The notes: generated by a model not told the origin, from the sequence alone. A stretch of DNA of 64,000 bases from an uncultured Gemmatimonadales bacterium (GCA_963850905.1 CAWKMU010000003.1:896001-960000), one strand, 5' to 3'. Positions 9,317 to 19,808 are shown, counted from the stretch's first letter. A program made the numbers and translations.

Positions 9317-11824
9317 TCACATCCTGAACAGGTAACTGAACTTCACGAAGAAGCTGTCGGCCGACCGGGTGAGCGTCAGGAAATGGAAGGAGACGGGCTC
9401 GGTGAGGTTGTTCCCGTACCCGGCAAAGACGACCGTGCCGGGCACCGGCTGGTAGGCGAACAACCCCTGCACCTCGAACGTGTTCGTCGTCGTCCGCACG
9501 GCTGGCGAGAGGATACCGGTGTTGGGGTCCTCGATGTAAATGGGAAGCTCGGTGCGAGAAGCATCCCGCAGATTGTCCACGTACTGCGCGTCGTACTGCC
9601 CCACGAGGCGGAAGAAAATCGGGCGCGAGATCTGGTACTCGATGTCGAGCCGCGGGATCCGTGTTTGTCCGACCACCGAATGGTCGCTGCGCCGCTGATA
9701 GACCTGCGCGTTGTAGAGGAATTGCGCCCGCAGCTGCGGCGTTGGCCGCCAATCGACGGTGAGCCCCACGTCGTAGATGTTTGCGGATGCCCACTCGAAG
9801 AAGTTCTCGTCGCGGCAGGTGACGTAGTTGATCTTGAAGTCGACGTGCGCGAACGCCGGACTCTGTACGGCAACCGAGCAGTCGGTGTTGGGGATTTGCG
9901 ACGTGCCGACGAAATGCGAGAATGTCGTATCGTGGCCAGAGATGTGGGCGAGATAGTAGTACTGGTAGAGCTGTGGGTCGTAGCCGAAATGCTCGAGGAA
10001 GATCCCGGCGGTCAGCTGCCAGCCGCCGAAAAGCGTGGCAAGCCCCGTGAAATGGAACTTGCGATCCTCGGTCGGGCCGCCGTCGGTGAAATTGCGGTAG
10101 GTCCAGATGTTCACGAAGGTGAAATCGGGCGTGAAGGTCTGGAGAAAGAGACCGGGCCGGAAATAGAACGTGTACCGACTGTCGGCAGTCAGATTCACGA
10201 TGCCCGCGCGGCTCACGAACCCGGCGCCTGGCAGCCACTCGGGGTCGATGCCATTGATGTCGTAGTTCAATCCCAGGCTGCGTCCTGCGCGAATGAAGTG
10301 GGCGTCCCACAGCGGGCCCGCACCGTGCGACGTCGCGGCGGGGAGCGTGTCCGCGATAAACGGCGTGTTGGTACGCTCGACGCTCGCCGCACCCTGCAGC
10401 GCCAGCGAGTAGATCTTGTTCCATGTGAATCGCGTGTCGATGCCCGCGACGCGGTTGAAGGAGCCGCCGTCTTCCTTGTCCGTGAAGGTGAAGCCGATCT
10501 GCGATGCTTCACCGAGATCCGTTAGCGCCCGGAGCACGTTGAACAACGGATGGCCGCCACCGCCTGCGAACGGGTTGCCTTCGTCGTCGAGCGCGCCCAG
10601 ATACGCCACATTGAGGTCGCCGATCTTGCCGGTCAGCTTGGCCGCGCCGATCGGCGCGACGACCTGCCGAGTGTAGATCAGGTTGTTCGGCACGCTGAAC
10701 TGGTCGATGCCGTCGAGGAAGAAGGGCCGCTTCTCCGGATACTGGATGGCTTGGCGTGGGTCGTACGACAGCTGCGTCACATCCGACTCGACTTCCGCGA
10801 AGTCGGGACGGAACGTGCCGTCGAGGACCAGGTTGTTGGTGACGCCATAGCGCACGTTGCCACCCACCTGCGGCCGCTCGACGTTGTACTGCCACCCGGG
10901 CGTGGCGGTCACCGGCGGGTTGCCGAGCGTTTTCTCCGTCACGATCGGGTTGAGATCCAGCACGAGGCCCGCCTGCAGGCCCGTCAGTCCGACCAGCGTG
11001 CCCGACTGCGCGAGGAAGGATGCCGACGCAATACGCGTCGGTACCCACGTATCCATCTCCGCCGAATGCTGCACGTTGCGGACGATATTGATCCCCCAAT
11101 CTTGAGGATCCTTCTGCTGGAACTTCAGGCTGCGAAACGGGATCCGCACCTCGATCTCATAGCCGTACGGCGTCAGCTGCCCCTTCGATTCGTAGACATA
11201 GTCCGCGCTGAGATCCACTGGCGGCGGTCCCGTTGCGGCAACGTTGTAGCCCGTGGCGAGGACGCCTTCCGTGATCGTGCCATCCTCCTGGACCCCAAAT
11301 GGATTGACGCCAAAAAGAATCGCATGCCGCCCGTGGACGAACGGCGTGAGGATGATCTCGACATTGTCATCGCCGTCGATCTGATCTCGGTTGGCGAGCG
11401 TCGCATGCACCCGACCGTGGGCCTCGAACGCACGGATCCCGAAGTAGATCGCCGACGGGCTGTACCAGACCAGCACCTCGGTCGAATCGCTGGCTGGCCG
11501 CCCGTCAATCGGGAAGTACTCCGAGAAACCGGTGAGCAGGGCGGCCTGTTGCCACACCGGCGCGGCCAGCGTGCCGTCGACGGGGATGTCGGCGGCCAGC
11601 CGCGGGATCCGGGCAGCGAGGTGGTTGGCGCGACCGTCGTACACCGCTCCGGTCGCCCGCGCAACCCCAACTGCAGCACCCGGCCCTGGCGGCGGTTCTG
11701 AGCCCGAACCACGGACAGATGTGACGACCGTCGCGGTCGTGTCTGCGGGGACACCCGTTTGCTGGGCAGCGGCGACCGAGGCCGTGGCGAGCGCCGCGGC
11801 CGTCAAGAGAATACGAATAGGCAC
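9317..11824 (-). CDS. CBM9-like + DUF5916 outer-membrane protein
   Basis: Signal peptide from GTG 11824; VDGTL..W, FGVNPFGVQED, EVRIPFRSLKF, RPDFAEVESD, YPEKRPFFLDG, C-terminal FFVKFSYLFR. Confidence 0.85.
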   Translation of the reverse strand: MPIRILLTAAALATASVAAAQQTGVPADTTATVVTSVRGSGSEPPPGPGAAVGVARATGAVYDGRANHLAARIPRLAADIPVDGTLAAPVWQQAALLTGFSEYFPIDGRPASDSTEVLVWYSPSAIYFGIRAFEAHGRVHATLANRDQIDGDDNVEIILTPFVHGRHAILFGVNPFGVQEDGTITEGVLATGYNVAATGPPPVDLSADYVYESKGQLTPYGYEIEVRIPFRSLKFQQKDPQDWGINIVRNVQHSAEMDTWVPTRIASASFLAQSGTLVGLTGLQAGLVLDLNPIVTEKTLGNPPVTATPGWQYNVERPQVGGNVRYGVTNNLVLDGTFRPDFAEVESDVTQLSYDPRQAIQYPEKRPFFLDGIDQFSVPNNLIYTRQVVAPIGAAKLTGKIGDLNVAYLGALDDEGNPFAGGGGHPLFNVLRALTDLGEASQIGFTFTDKEDGGSFNRVAGIDTRFTWNKIYSLALQGAASVERTNTPFIADTLPAATSHGAGPLWDAHFIRAGRSLGLNYDINGIDPEWLPGAGFVSRAGIVNLTADSRYTFYFRPGLFLQTFTPDFTFVNIWTYRNFTDGGPTEDRKFHFTGLATLFGGWQLTAGIFLEHFGYDPQLYQYYYLAHISGHDTTFSHFVGTSQIPNTDCSVAVQSPAFAHVDFKINYVTCRDENFFEWASANIYDVGLTVDWRPTPQLRAQFLYNAQVYQRRSDHSVVGQTRIPRLDIEYQISRPIFFRLVGQYDAQYVDNLRDASRTELPIYIEDPNTGILSPAVRTTTNTFEVQGLFAYQPVPGTVVFAGYGNNLTEPVSFHFLTLTRSADSFFVKFSYLFRM

Positions 11825-12193
11825 GTGGTAACGAAAATACGCGACGACGTCCCGGCGCGCGTGGAACCGTGCGGCGGCAACCGGGTCCCAGCGGTGGACG
11901 GACGGCCCACGATCGGCCCGCCCTTCGCCCGGTCGGCGCCACACATCCCGGCTCTGACCGTCTGGCGCTTTGGATCGTCCCCCTTCGCAACCCGCAGCCT
12001 GGCGGTGCAATCTGCAGGCAAGATGCGCTACCATCATGGCGCAGGTCTTCGAGCTCGTCCGTCGCGCTCGCATCAATCGTGCATAGAGGATGGAGGAGTG
12101 AACGCCGTCGGCCGACGCGACAAAGAGGACCGTCGAGGACCGCGAGCCGACGACCAGAGTGACCAACCAATGAGGAACGAGGAGCAGACACCC

Positions 12194-12817
12194 ATGACAT
12201 CGCGCATCGTGAACGCTCTTGTTGTTGCCGTGTGCACACTCGCTATCGCCAGCCCGGCGCTCGCGCAGGGCATACAACCAGCGCCGCCACCACCCAATGG
12301 GCACATCCTGCCAGGGCAGTGGGCCCTTGATGGGTCCCTCGGATTTTCGGTGCCGGTCGGAGATTTTGGCACAGGCCTCAACACCGGCCTCGATGTGATG
12401 GGAGCGGTCGAATACCGACCGGCTTCGACCGGCAAGATTTACTTCCGCGGCGAGATCGGATACTCGGACTTCGGCTACAGCGGGACGAGTGGCAGCTCGA
12501 GCGTGTGGCGATTCGCGGCCAACGGCCTGTACGACTTCGACACGCACTCGGCGCTACAGGTTTATGGCCTGGCCGGCATCGGCCTCTATCACGTCTCCTC
12601 GACCTTCGACCTCTGCGGCCAGGCGCCGTTTTACTCCTGCTCCGAGTCGAGTACCGGATTCGGCCTCAACTTCGGCGCTGGCATCCGCTATCCCGTCAAT
12701 CCCGTCCAGCTCTTCTTCGAGCTGCGCTATCAGATCGCACTGAGCGCTCCGTTCGGCCTAGGCGACGCGCCGTTTTTCCCCTTCCAGTTCGGCGTGCGGT
12801 ATTTGTTGCCCAGGTAG
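12194..12817 (+). CDS. Outer-membrane beta-barrel protein, paralog-like to 7828-8418
   Basis: GAGGAG RBS, signal peptide ..PALAQ, YGLAGIGLY, GLNFGAGIRY, LFFELRY, FPFQFGVRY. Confidence 0.78.
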   Translation: MTSRIVNALVVAVCTLAIASPALAQGIQPAPPPPNGHILPGQWALDGSLGFSVPVGDFGTGLNTGLDVMGAVEYRPASTGKIYFRGEIGYSDFGYSGTSGSSSVWRFAANGLYDFDTHSALQVYGLAGIGLYHVSSTFDLCGQAPFYSCSESSTGFGLNFGAGIRYPVNPVQLFFELRYQIALSAPFGLGDAPFFPFQFGVRYLLPR

Positions 12818-12884
12818 GCAAACCTGCGGGGCCAGAGATCAGGGGTCGGGGGTCGGGAACGACGACGACCTTCCAACAACGACC

Positions 12885-13022
12885 GGGCGGGCTGAAGCCC
12901 GCCCCTACATGTTGCTGCGGACGCCCGCGACAACAATTCGTCGACGCGCGAAGGGAAACATTGGTCGAGCACTCCCGAATCCGACTATGCACCGACATGT
13001 AGGGGCGGCCTTCAGGCCGCCC
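12885..13022. repeat. GTAG-type REP doublet
   Basis: GGGCGGGCTGAAGCCCGCCCCTAC (12885-12908) and GTAGGGGCGGCCTTCAGGCCGCCC (12999-13022), inverted relative to each other. Confidence 0.8.
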
Positions 13023-13079
13023 ACCGTCGGACCCGGTCGTGCGCCGTTGTCGTTCTCTGGCCCCAGGCCTCTGTAGTTG

Positions 13080-13682
13080 ATGCCGCACCTCGTTCTCCTC
13101 GGCGACTCCGTCTTCGACAACGCGAGCTACGTGGTTGCCGGACGTGCCGCCATCCACGCGTTCGAGGCGCATGCTCCGCCAGGCTGGCGCGTCTCGCTGC
13201 TGGCACAGGATGGCAGTACGATCGACGAGATCGGTCGACAGCTGATGCATCTCCCGAGCGATACGACCCACCTTGCGCTGTCCGCCGGTGGCAATGACGC
13301 GCTCCGGGATGCTGGGATCCTCACGGAGCGGGCCGGGACGGTCGCGGAAGCGCTCTGGAAGGTGGCGCACGTCGCCTCGCGATTCGAGCGCCGGTACGTC
13401 GACATGCTGCGCAAAGTCCGCGCGCGCAAGATGCACGCTGTGGTGTGTACGATCTACAACGGCAACTTCGGCGACACACACTTGCAGCAAATCGCTTCGA
13501 CCGCGCTGTGCGTGTTCAATGACGCCATCATTCGCGCCGCCGGGGCCGCGTCCATGCCCATCGTGGAGTTGCGAACGGTCTGCGACGAGCCGGAAGACTA
13601 CGCGAACGAGATCGAGCCGTCCGGCCGTGGGGGAGAGAAGATTGCCAGGGCAGTGCTACAGGCGCTAGACGCTGGACGCTAG
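13080..13682 (+). CDS. SGNH/GDSL-family hydrolase
   Basis: LLGDSVFDN, SAGGNDAL, NEIEPS motifs. Confidence 0.9.
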   Translation: MPHLVLLGDSVFDNASYVVAGRAAIHAFEAHAPPGWRVSLLAQDGSTIDEIGRQLMHLPSDTTHLALSAGGNDALRDAGILTERAGTVAEALWKVAHVASRFERRYVDMLRKVRARKMHAVVCTIYNGNFGDTHLQQIASTALCVFNDAIIRAAGAASMPIVELRTVCDEPEDYANEIEPSGRGGEKIARAVLQALDAGR

Positions 13683-13772
13683 ACGCTGGAGAAGAAACCT
13701 CGGGGGCGACCTAGATGCGCTGCGGCTGGCCCATGAGGTTTGTTTTTATAGCGTCCAGCGTCTAACGTCCAA
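13666..13772. repeat. Heptamer-armed palindromic element between convergent genes
   Basis: TAGACGCTGGACGCTAGACGCTGG-AGAAGAAACCTC..GGCTGGCCCATGAGGTTTG-GCGTCCAGCGTCTAACGTCCAA; both flanking stop codons lie inside the arms. Confidence 0.9.
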
Positions 13773-14520
13773 CATCCCTCCCCACTCTCGCCGTCACCGC
13801 CCACCGCAGCTCGTGACGGGTCCCGCGATCTCCCCACAGGGGCGCCAGGCTCTCCAGGAACGGCGACACGGGATCGGCGCCGTGGCGCTTGAGATACGCG
13901 GCGCACGATGACCAGGAGCGGAGGTATTGCGCGAGCTCATCGAGCGTCCATAGGCGGACGATATCGATCGGCGGAGCCGGCGTCTCCACAAAGGGAAACG
14001 GGAGCTGCCGCATCGCGGCGCCCACGAGTCCGCGGCCGGCGGGCCAGTACGGGCCGAGCGTGACCAGATTGAAGTGCTGGAGTGCGGCATCGACTGCCCT
14101 GTCATCCGGTATCACCGGGTCGCCATAGCTCCAGACTGCGAGCACACCACGGGGCACGAGCACCCGCTTCGCTTCTGCGTAGAAGCGTTCGCGGTCGAAC
14201 CAGTGCAGCGCCTGCGCGACCGTGACCAGATCGACTGTTGCGCCCGGGAGACCACTGGCTTCGGCCGTCGCCACTCGGTACTCGATTCGCGGATGCGCGC
14301 GCGCATGCGCGAGTTGCTCCGCGCTCGCGTCGGTTGCGATGACCCGCTCGAAGAAGGCCGCCAGCGCCAGCGCCGCTTGCCCGTTGCCGGTAGCGCAGTC
14401 CCATGCGAGCCTGCGTCGCTCAACGATCGACGCGAGGAAGTCGAACAGGGCGGGCGGATAGTCGGGACGGATGGCCGCGTACGTCGCGGCCTGCGCGGAG
14501 AAAAGATCCTGAAACCCCAT
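13762..14520 (-). CDS. Class I SAM-dependent methyltransferase
   Basis: FSAQAATYAAIRPDYP, AWDCATGNGQAA, VTVAQALHWFD. Confidence 0.92.
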   Translation of the reverse strand: MGFQDLFSAQAATYAAIRPDYPPALFDFLASIVERRRLAWDCATGNGQAALALAAFFERVIATDASAEQLAHARAHPRIEYRVATAEASGLPGATVDLVTVAQALHWFDRERFYAEAKRVLVPRGVLAVWSYGDPVIPDDRAVDAALQHFNLVTLGPYWPAGRGLVGAAMRQLPFPFVETPAPPIDIVRLWTLDELAQYLRSWSSCAAYLKRHGADPVSPFLESLAPLWGDRGTRHELRWAVTARVGRDVGR

Positions 14521-14591
14521 CGCGTCGATCTCAACGCTCGGCGAACGGACCGTTCATGGTCAGATCGCCGTCGACCGATGCGGGCCGATCG

Positions 14592-14876
14592 CTACCGAAA
14601 TTTCGGGAAGGCACCTGTCGGTGAATACGTCAGGTCGCGCGTTGCCTCTTCGAACACGCGGAGTCGGAGCATGAGCAGCTCGCACAGCTCCTGGGCATCG
14701 TCCGACAACTCGCGATCGTGATCCTCGCGCACGCGGTCCACCACGGACTCGGCCAGGAAACACAAGTGTCGAAGTGCGTCCGCAGGAACGACAGACCCCG
14801 GAGTTCGACGTCCTGGCAGTCGCACGACCGCCATGTTGCGGTCCTGGTTGAAGACCTCGAGCTCGACCCGCTCCAT
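14592..14876 (-). CDS. Small hypothetical protein (resembles DUF6959 family)
   Basis: AGGAGG RBS; NMAVVRLPGRRTPGSVV motif resembles that family from recall only. Confidence 0.6.
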   Translation of the reverse strand: MERVELEVFNQDRNMAVVRLPGRRTPGSVVPADALRHLCFLAESVVDRVREDHDRELSDDAQELCELLMLRLRVFEEATRDLTYSPTGAFPKFR

Positions 14877-14918
14877 GGTTTGGCCCTCCTACGGCGAGGC
14901 TAGGAAAGGTAACGAGGA

Positions 14919-15070
14919 CCAGGGCTCAGGGATCAGGGACCAGACATCAGGGGTCAGGGGTCAGGGGTGAGGGGTCAGGGACCTACAACAAACACCGAGG
15001 GCCAGCCGCTTTACACCGCGACCGGCCCTGAGTGTTTGTTCCGGACCCCTGATCCCCGATCCCTGATCCC
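14919..15070. repeat. Heptamer-armed palindromic element with TCAGGGG arms
   Basis: (TCAGGGG)n-CAACAAACACCGAGGGCCAGCCGC..GCGACCGGCCCTGAGTGTTTGTT-(CCCCTGA)n. Confidence 0.88.
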
Positions 15071-15079
15071 GCCCTCCAG

Positions 15080-15676
15080 TTACTTGTGCTTATCCCGATA
15101 GATCGCGTGGCTCGTCTTGTTCTGCTCGTGGTTGATCTGGCCCTTCTCCACGCCGGTCAACTTGCCACCGTTAGCGGACCGATCCGCATGGATCTGCTGG
15201 TTGATGTGCTGCTCATGTCCTTCGAGATGGGCGGCTTGGCCAGCTGACAGCTTCCCGCTGCGAATGCCGTTCGCGATTCGGTTCTGCTGATTCAGGCGAC
15301 GTTGCCCAACCTCGTTGTTGCCATAGTGCGCGGTCGCTGCATTGTGCTTATCCGTGTAGATCTCTTTGCTCAAATGGTTCTGCTCGCCATTGAGTTGCGA
15401 GCGGTCGGCCGCCGTGAGGTGGCCATCATCCGCGGCTCGGTCGGCGCGTGCCTGCGAGTTGACCGTGGCCTCCTGGCCCTCGAGGGACTTCGTCTCGCCG
15501 GCCGTCAACTGTCCGCTCTGGACGCCGTTCGCGATGCGATCCTGTTGGTTCTGCTCGCGGTCCTGGTAGGTCCCCGGAGGCGGGGCCTGCGGATCCTGGG
15601 CTGCGCCGCTCGATGGCAGAAAGACGAGACCGACGGTGGCGGCGATCGAGGCCGCGTAGAAGGCTTTCCCAAGCAT
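15080..15676 (-). CDS. Secreted hypothetical protein with two internal helical repeats (NQQxRIANG..SGxL..YxDKH)
   Basis: Signal peptide; two clear tandem repeat units in the translation. Confidence 0.85.
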   Translation of the reverse strand: MLGKAFYAASIAATVGLVFLPSSGAAQDPQAPPPGTYQDREQNQQDRIANGVQSGQLTAGETKSLEGQEATVNSQARADRAADDGHLTAADRSQLNGEQNHLSKEIYTDKHNAATAHYGNNEVGQRRLNQQNRIANGIRSGKLSAGQAAHLEGHEQHINQQIHADRSANGGKLTGVEKGQINHEQNKTSHAIYRDKHK

Positions 15677-15781
15677 GGTACCCCCCGAAGCGATGGACGC
15701 TCAAGACCTCTTCGGTAAGGTGGACGACAGAGCGAGCTGAGCGTTAACGGCGAGACCGAAGAAAGGCCGAATGAGATTCGG

Positions 15782-15842
15782 AGAAACACTGAGGGGCCAG
15801 TGTCGGATCACCGCCGCTGGCCCTCAGTGAGGTTGGTTCCCG
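15782..15842. repeat. Core hairpin of the palindromic element family, without heptamer arms
   Basis: GAAACACTGAGGGGCCAG..CACCGCCGCTGGCCCTCAGTG. Confidence 0.6.
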
Positions 15843-15861
15843 AGTCGTAAATCCCCCGCTC

Positions 15862-16488
15862 TTACCCCTTCGGCGCGCCAGGTCCCCGATTGCCGCCCGG
15901 TGGGGCCATGCGCCACATCATGTTGCGGTGCGCGGCACGATCGAAGTTGCCAGCCGTGTTGAGCTGGTCCGCCGTCAGCACGGCGTTGGCGGCAGCGGTT
16001 GCCCGCCACGTGTTCTCGCGCATGGTCTGCATGATGCCCATGACGGAGTCGCGCTGAGCCGCCGATGGCCGCATCGGAGCGCCGCCCGCGCCAGCCTCGC
16101 CCTGCGCACGCGACCCGTTGCGACGCATGCCGGCGCGCATCGCCATCAGGCGCTCGGCGAGTGGCTTGTTATCAGCGTGCAGCTTGTTGTCGATCGCGAT
16201 GATGTTGTTGACCTGGGCGACGCTCAAGTGCAACGCGGTCTGATGCTCGAGCAATCTGCCGACCGGATCGTGCATCCGGTGCATTCCGCGTCGGTGCATA
16301 CGCATGTTGCGCATGCCCCGTCCACGCATCCCAGGGCCGCCTCGTCCGTCGAATTGCCCGCCCCGACCTCCCCCGCCCCATCGACCCGGGGCGTTCGCAC
16401 CAGGCCCGCCGCCATCCTGGGCCAGCGCTACGCCCGCTGAGAGAGTGACAGCCATACAGAGAACCAGCATTGCGCGAATCGCTTTCAT
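15862..16488 (-). CDS. Periplasmic Spy/CpxP-like (LTxxQ) protein
   Basis: Signal peptide ..VALAQ, Gly/Met/His-rich N-terminus, LHLSVAQ and VLTADQ motifs. Confidence 0.7.
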   Translation of the reverse strand: MKAIRAMLVLCMAVTLSAGVALAQDGGGPGANAPGRWGGGGRGGQFDGRGGPGMRGRGMRNMRMHRRGMHRMHDPVGRLLEHQTALHLSVAQVNNIIAIDNKLHADNKPLAERLMAMRAGMRRNGSRAQGEAGAGGAPMRPSAAQRDSVMGIMQTMRENTWRATAAANAVLTADQLNTAGNFDRAAHRNMMWRMAPPGGNRGPGAPKG

Positions 16489-16632
16489 ACACGTACCCCA
16501 CCGGTGATGTCGGGTCGGCTGAAGGCCGCCCGTTGTCGTGAGCCGCAGCCGGGCACTGCGCCCGGCCGCGGATGATTGACGCACTCCTGTCTTCTGCCAG
16601 TACTACTACACGACTGGTTCCGGCGTTTGGTG

Positions 16633-17295
16633 CTATTGCTTTCGAGCCATCAACACGCCGTCCCCGACCGTCAGCAGCACCGACTCCACCCGGGGATCGT
16701 CACGAACCTTCTGATTGATAGCGCGGATCGCATCGGTATCCGCTTCGTGCGCCGACGGATCGACAACCGCGCCATTCTGCAGGGCATTGTCGAGGAGAAT
16801 GAGGCCACCGACGCGAACGAGCGTCAGACAACTCTCATAATACGCGTCGTACGTTGTCTTGTCGGCGTCGATGAAGGCGAAGTCGAACGACCCGCTGGCC
16901 CCGTCCCGAGTGAGCGCCGCGAGTGTGTCGCGGGCCGGCCCGAGCCGCAGCTCGATGCGGTCCGCGACGCCCGCTTTGGCCCAGTACCGGCGAGCGATAC
17001 TCGTCCACTCTTCGCTCACGTCACATGCGATGAGGCGCCCGTCCGGCGGGAGCGCCGCGGCGACCACGAGGGCGCTGTAGCCGGTGAACGTGCCGATCTC
17101 GAGGCACCGCCGAGCGCCGATCAAATGCACGAGCAGCGCCATGAACGCGCCCTGGTCCGCGCCGATCTGCATCCCGCCGCGCGGCAACTTGGATGTTTCG
17201 GCCCGCAGTGCACGCATTACCGGCGATTCGTGCACCATGTCGACGGCGGTATACCGTTCGATGTCGTCCGGGAGCAGCGAGCGTTTCTGCGTCAT
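16633..17295 (-). CDS. O-methyltransferase (caffeoyl-CoA OMT-like, Methyltransf_3)
   Basis: LEIGTFTGYSAL, FDFAFIDADK, GGLILLDN. Confidence 0.95.
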   Translation of the reverse strand: MTQKRSLLPDDIERYTAVDMVHESPVMRALRAETSKLPRGGMQIGADQGAFMALLVHLIGARRCLEIGTFTGYSALVVAAALPPDGRLIACDVSEEWTSIARRYWAKAGVADRIELRLGPARDTLAALTRDGASGSFDFAFIDADKTTYDAYYESCLTLVRVGGLILLDNALQNGAVVDPSAHEADTDAIRAINQKVRDDPRVESVLLTVGDGVLMARKQ

Positions 17296-17333
17296 GCTTC
17301 CATCTCCCCTTGGCGTTTCTCAGATTATCGCGC

Positions 17334-19073
17334 ATGAAACCTACCACTCATCGGCTGCATTCTGTCTTCACTCGCGCCGCGAGCCACGGCGCCTTCGTTG
17401 TCGGTCTCCTCGTCGCGCTGGCGTCCGCGCGCGCGTCGGCACAGGCCAATCAACGATCGACCGGCCTGCGATTCGCCGTAACCGTGCCGGCATCCCTCGA
17501 GGCAAACCCTGTCGACGGACGACTGCTGCTCATCATCGCGCGCACGAACGATCAGGAACCGCGATTCCAGGTCGGGCGCGGGCTGACATCAGAGCCCATG
17601 TTCGGCGTCGACGTCGAGGCGCTTCGGCCCGGTCAGGCGGCGGTCATCGACGCGACGACGCGAGGGTGGCCGGTCGAGAGCGTGCGCGAGATCCCCCCGG
17701 GTACGTATTGGGTGCAGGCCGTGCTCAACGTGTACACCACGTTCCACCGCGCCGATGGCCATGTCATCAAGGCCCATATGGATCAATGGGAAGGCCAGCA
17801 CTGGAACCGGTCGCCCGGCAATCTCATGAGCACACCGCAGCAGGTGACGATCGGCCGGTCAACCGGCACCGTTCGCATCGCGCTGAGTCAGCACATGCCG
17901 CCCATCGTGCCGCCGGAGGACACGAAGTACATCAAGCATATCAAGTTCCGCTCCGACAAGCTGAGCGCGTGGTGGGGACATGATATCTACCTGGGTGCGT
18001 ACGTGCTGCTGCCGGCGGGCTACGATGAGCACCCGGGCGCGCACTACCCGGTTGCCTACTACCAGGATCACTTCCAGCCGACGTTCTCACAGTGGCGGGA
18101 GAATCCTCCGGATCCGTCGGCGACCGGTCGTCTGCGAGCGCGGCAGGAGCAGGCGTACCGGTTTACACAGGATTGGACGAGCGGGAAGCTGCCCAAGTTC
18201 TTGATCGTTGGCTTCCAGCATCCCACGCCGTACTACGACGACTCGTACGCAGTCAATTCGGCGAACAATGGACCGTACGGCGATGCGTTGTGGGGCGAGC
18301 TCGTGCCCCGGGTCGAGAAGCAATTCCGCGCGATTGGACAGCCGTGGGCGCGCGTCACCTTCGGCGGCTCAACTGGCGGATGGGAATCAATTGCCTGGCA
18401 GATCCTGTACCCCGACTCGCTCAACGGCACTTGGACCGCGTGCCCCGACCCGGTCGACTTTCATTACTTCCAGCTCGTGAACATCTACGACGACTCCAAT
18501 GCATTCCGGCCGAACGCCTCGTGGAAGCGCACCGATGTGCGCGGGTGGGAGCGAACGCCTGACAATCAGAGCATCATGAACCAGATGGACGCCAGCCATC
18601 TGGAAGCTGTCTACGGGTCGCGCGGGCGCTCAGGCGATCAGATGGACATCTTCATGGATGTGTTCGGCCCGATGGGCGACGACGGATATCCGCGGCTTTT
18701 GTACGACAAATGGACCGGCCGAATCGACAAAGGCGTCATCGACTACTGGCGCGATCACTTCGACCTCAATCACATCCTGCAGCGCGATTGGTCGACGCTC
18801 GGCCCGAAGCTGCAAGGCAAGCTGCACTTCTATGTCGGCGACGAGGACAGTTACTACCTCGAAGAAGCCGCATTCTTGATGAAGGATTTCCTCGATCAGT
18901 CCACCAACCCGCACTCCGACGCAACCTGGGACATCGGGCGCCGCCAGCCACACTGCTACACCGGCGCGTCGTCCAGCCCCGGCGAGACCTTCTATCATCG
19001 TGTACTCCCCGGGATGTCCGCGCGCGTGCAATCCACCGCGCCCCAGGGCGCGGACATGAGTTGGAAGTACTGA
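17334..19073 (+). CDS. Secreted alpha/beta-fold putative esterase
   Basis: Signal peptide; YDDSYAVNSANNGPYG, GGSTGG nucleophile elbow, VGDED, PHC. Confidence 0.85.
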   Translation: MKPTTHRLHSVFTRAASHGAFVVGLLVALASARASAQANQRSTGLRFAVTVPASLEANPVDGRLLLIIARTNDQEPRFQVGRGLTSEPMFGVDVEALRPGQAAVIDATTRGWPVESVREIPPGTYWVQAVLNVYTTFHRADGHVIKAHMDQWEGQHWNRSPGNLMSTPQQVTIGRSTGTVRIALSQHMPPIVPPEDTKYIKHIKFRSDKLSAWWGHDIYLGAYVLLPAGYDEHPGAHYPVAYYQDHFQPTFSQWRENPPDPSATGRLRARQEQAYRFTQDWTSGKLPKFLIVGFQHPTPYYDDSYAVNSANNGPYGDALWGELVPRVEKQFRAIGQPWARVTFGGSTGGWESIAWQILYPDSLNGTWTACPDPVDFHYFQLVNIYDDSNAFRPNASWKRTDVRGWERTPDNQSIMNQMDASHLEAVYGSRGRSGDQMDIFMDVFGPMGDDGYPRLLYDKWTGRIDKGVIDYWRDHFDLNHILQRDWSTLGPKLQGKLHFYVGDEDSYYLEEAAFLMKDFLDQSTNPHSDATWDIGRRQPHCYTGASSSPGETFYHRVLPGMSARVQSTAPQGADMSWKY

Positions 19074-19085
19074 AGGGCGAACGGC

Positions 19086-19193
19086 GGGGTCAGGAATCAG
19101 GGGTCAGGGGTCAGTGAACAAACCGAGAGACCGGTCACGGTGCACCGGAACTGGCCCTCTATGTTTGTTCCCCGGCCCCTGGCCCCTGACCCC
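19086..19193. repeat. Heptamer-armed palindromic element with TCAGGGG arms, between convergent genes
   Basis: GGGGTCAGGAATCAGGGGTCAGGGGTCAG-GAACAAACC..CACGGTGCACC..CTGGCCCTC..TGTTTGTTCC-CCCCTGGCCCCTGACCCC. Confidence 0.88.
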
Positions 19194-19210
19194 GCAGTTC
19201 TAGCCTTCCC

Positions 19211-19588
19211 CTACTTTTTTTGCGAGCCGGGCCCGCCACTGCGTCCGCGATCTTGATCGCTGATATCCTCGTCATCGAGGTCGGGATCGCGGTCCTGCAT
19301 CGAACCCGATCCGCCTTGCGTTCCGCCGCGAGAACCAGCTTGCGATCCGCCGCCCGTTCCACTCATCCCGCCGCTCGACCCACCGGAGCGTCCGCCGCCA
19401 CCGCCAGGCGCCCCACTGCCACCTGAGGATCCACCACTCGACCCACCGGACCCACTCGACCCGCCAGCGCCACCGCTGCGTCCCGGTGTGCCGCCCTGCT
19501 GCCCTGGCTTGGATGCGCCCATTCGGTTCTGTTCGTCCTCGCGCTCACCTTTCCCGCCGGAACCTTGTCCGCTGCGATTGTCAGCCAT
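19211..19588 (-). CDS. Gly/Ser-rich low-complexity small protein (hydrophilin/stress-like)
   Basis: GAGGGAGGGAG RBS before ATG; composition. Confidence 0.7.
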   Translation of the reverse strand: MADNRSGQGSGGKGEREDEQNRMGASKPGQQGGTPGRSGGAGGSSGSGGSSGGSSGGSGAPGGGGGRSGGSSGGMSGTGGGSQAGSRGGTQGGSGSMQDRDPDLDDEDISDQDRGRSGGPGSQKK

Positions 19589-19808
19589 AACTCCCTCCCT
19601 CTCGTCTGCGTCTCATTGATCACGAGTGCCGATGCTCGCCCAGCCCTGCGCTCGCGAGCTGCGCGCGCTGAGAGGTACGCACGCGGTGTGCCCGCCGCGG
19701 CCGCGAGCGCGCGGATCGATTGCGTTGTTTCGCGTACGGTAGCGTGCACGCGACCATGCACGGTCCAGATCCGTTCGCTTGAGCGACTGTGACGCAGCAC
19801 GGCGGGCC

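Noticed and set aside
11825..12547. N-terminal 240-aa extension of the 1076-aa ORF 9317-12547
   Set aside because: Overlaps the divergent beta-barrel gene; a clear signal peptide starts at GTG 11824.
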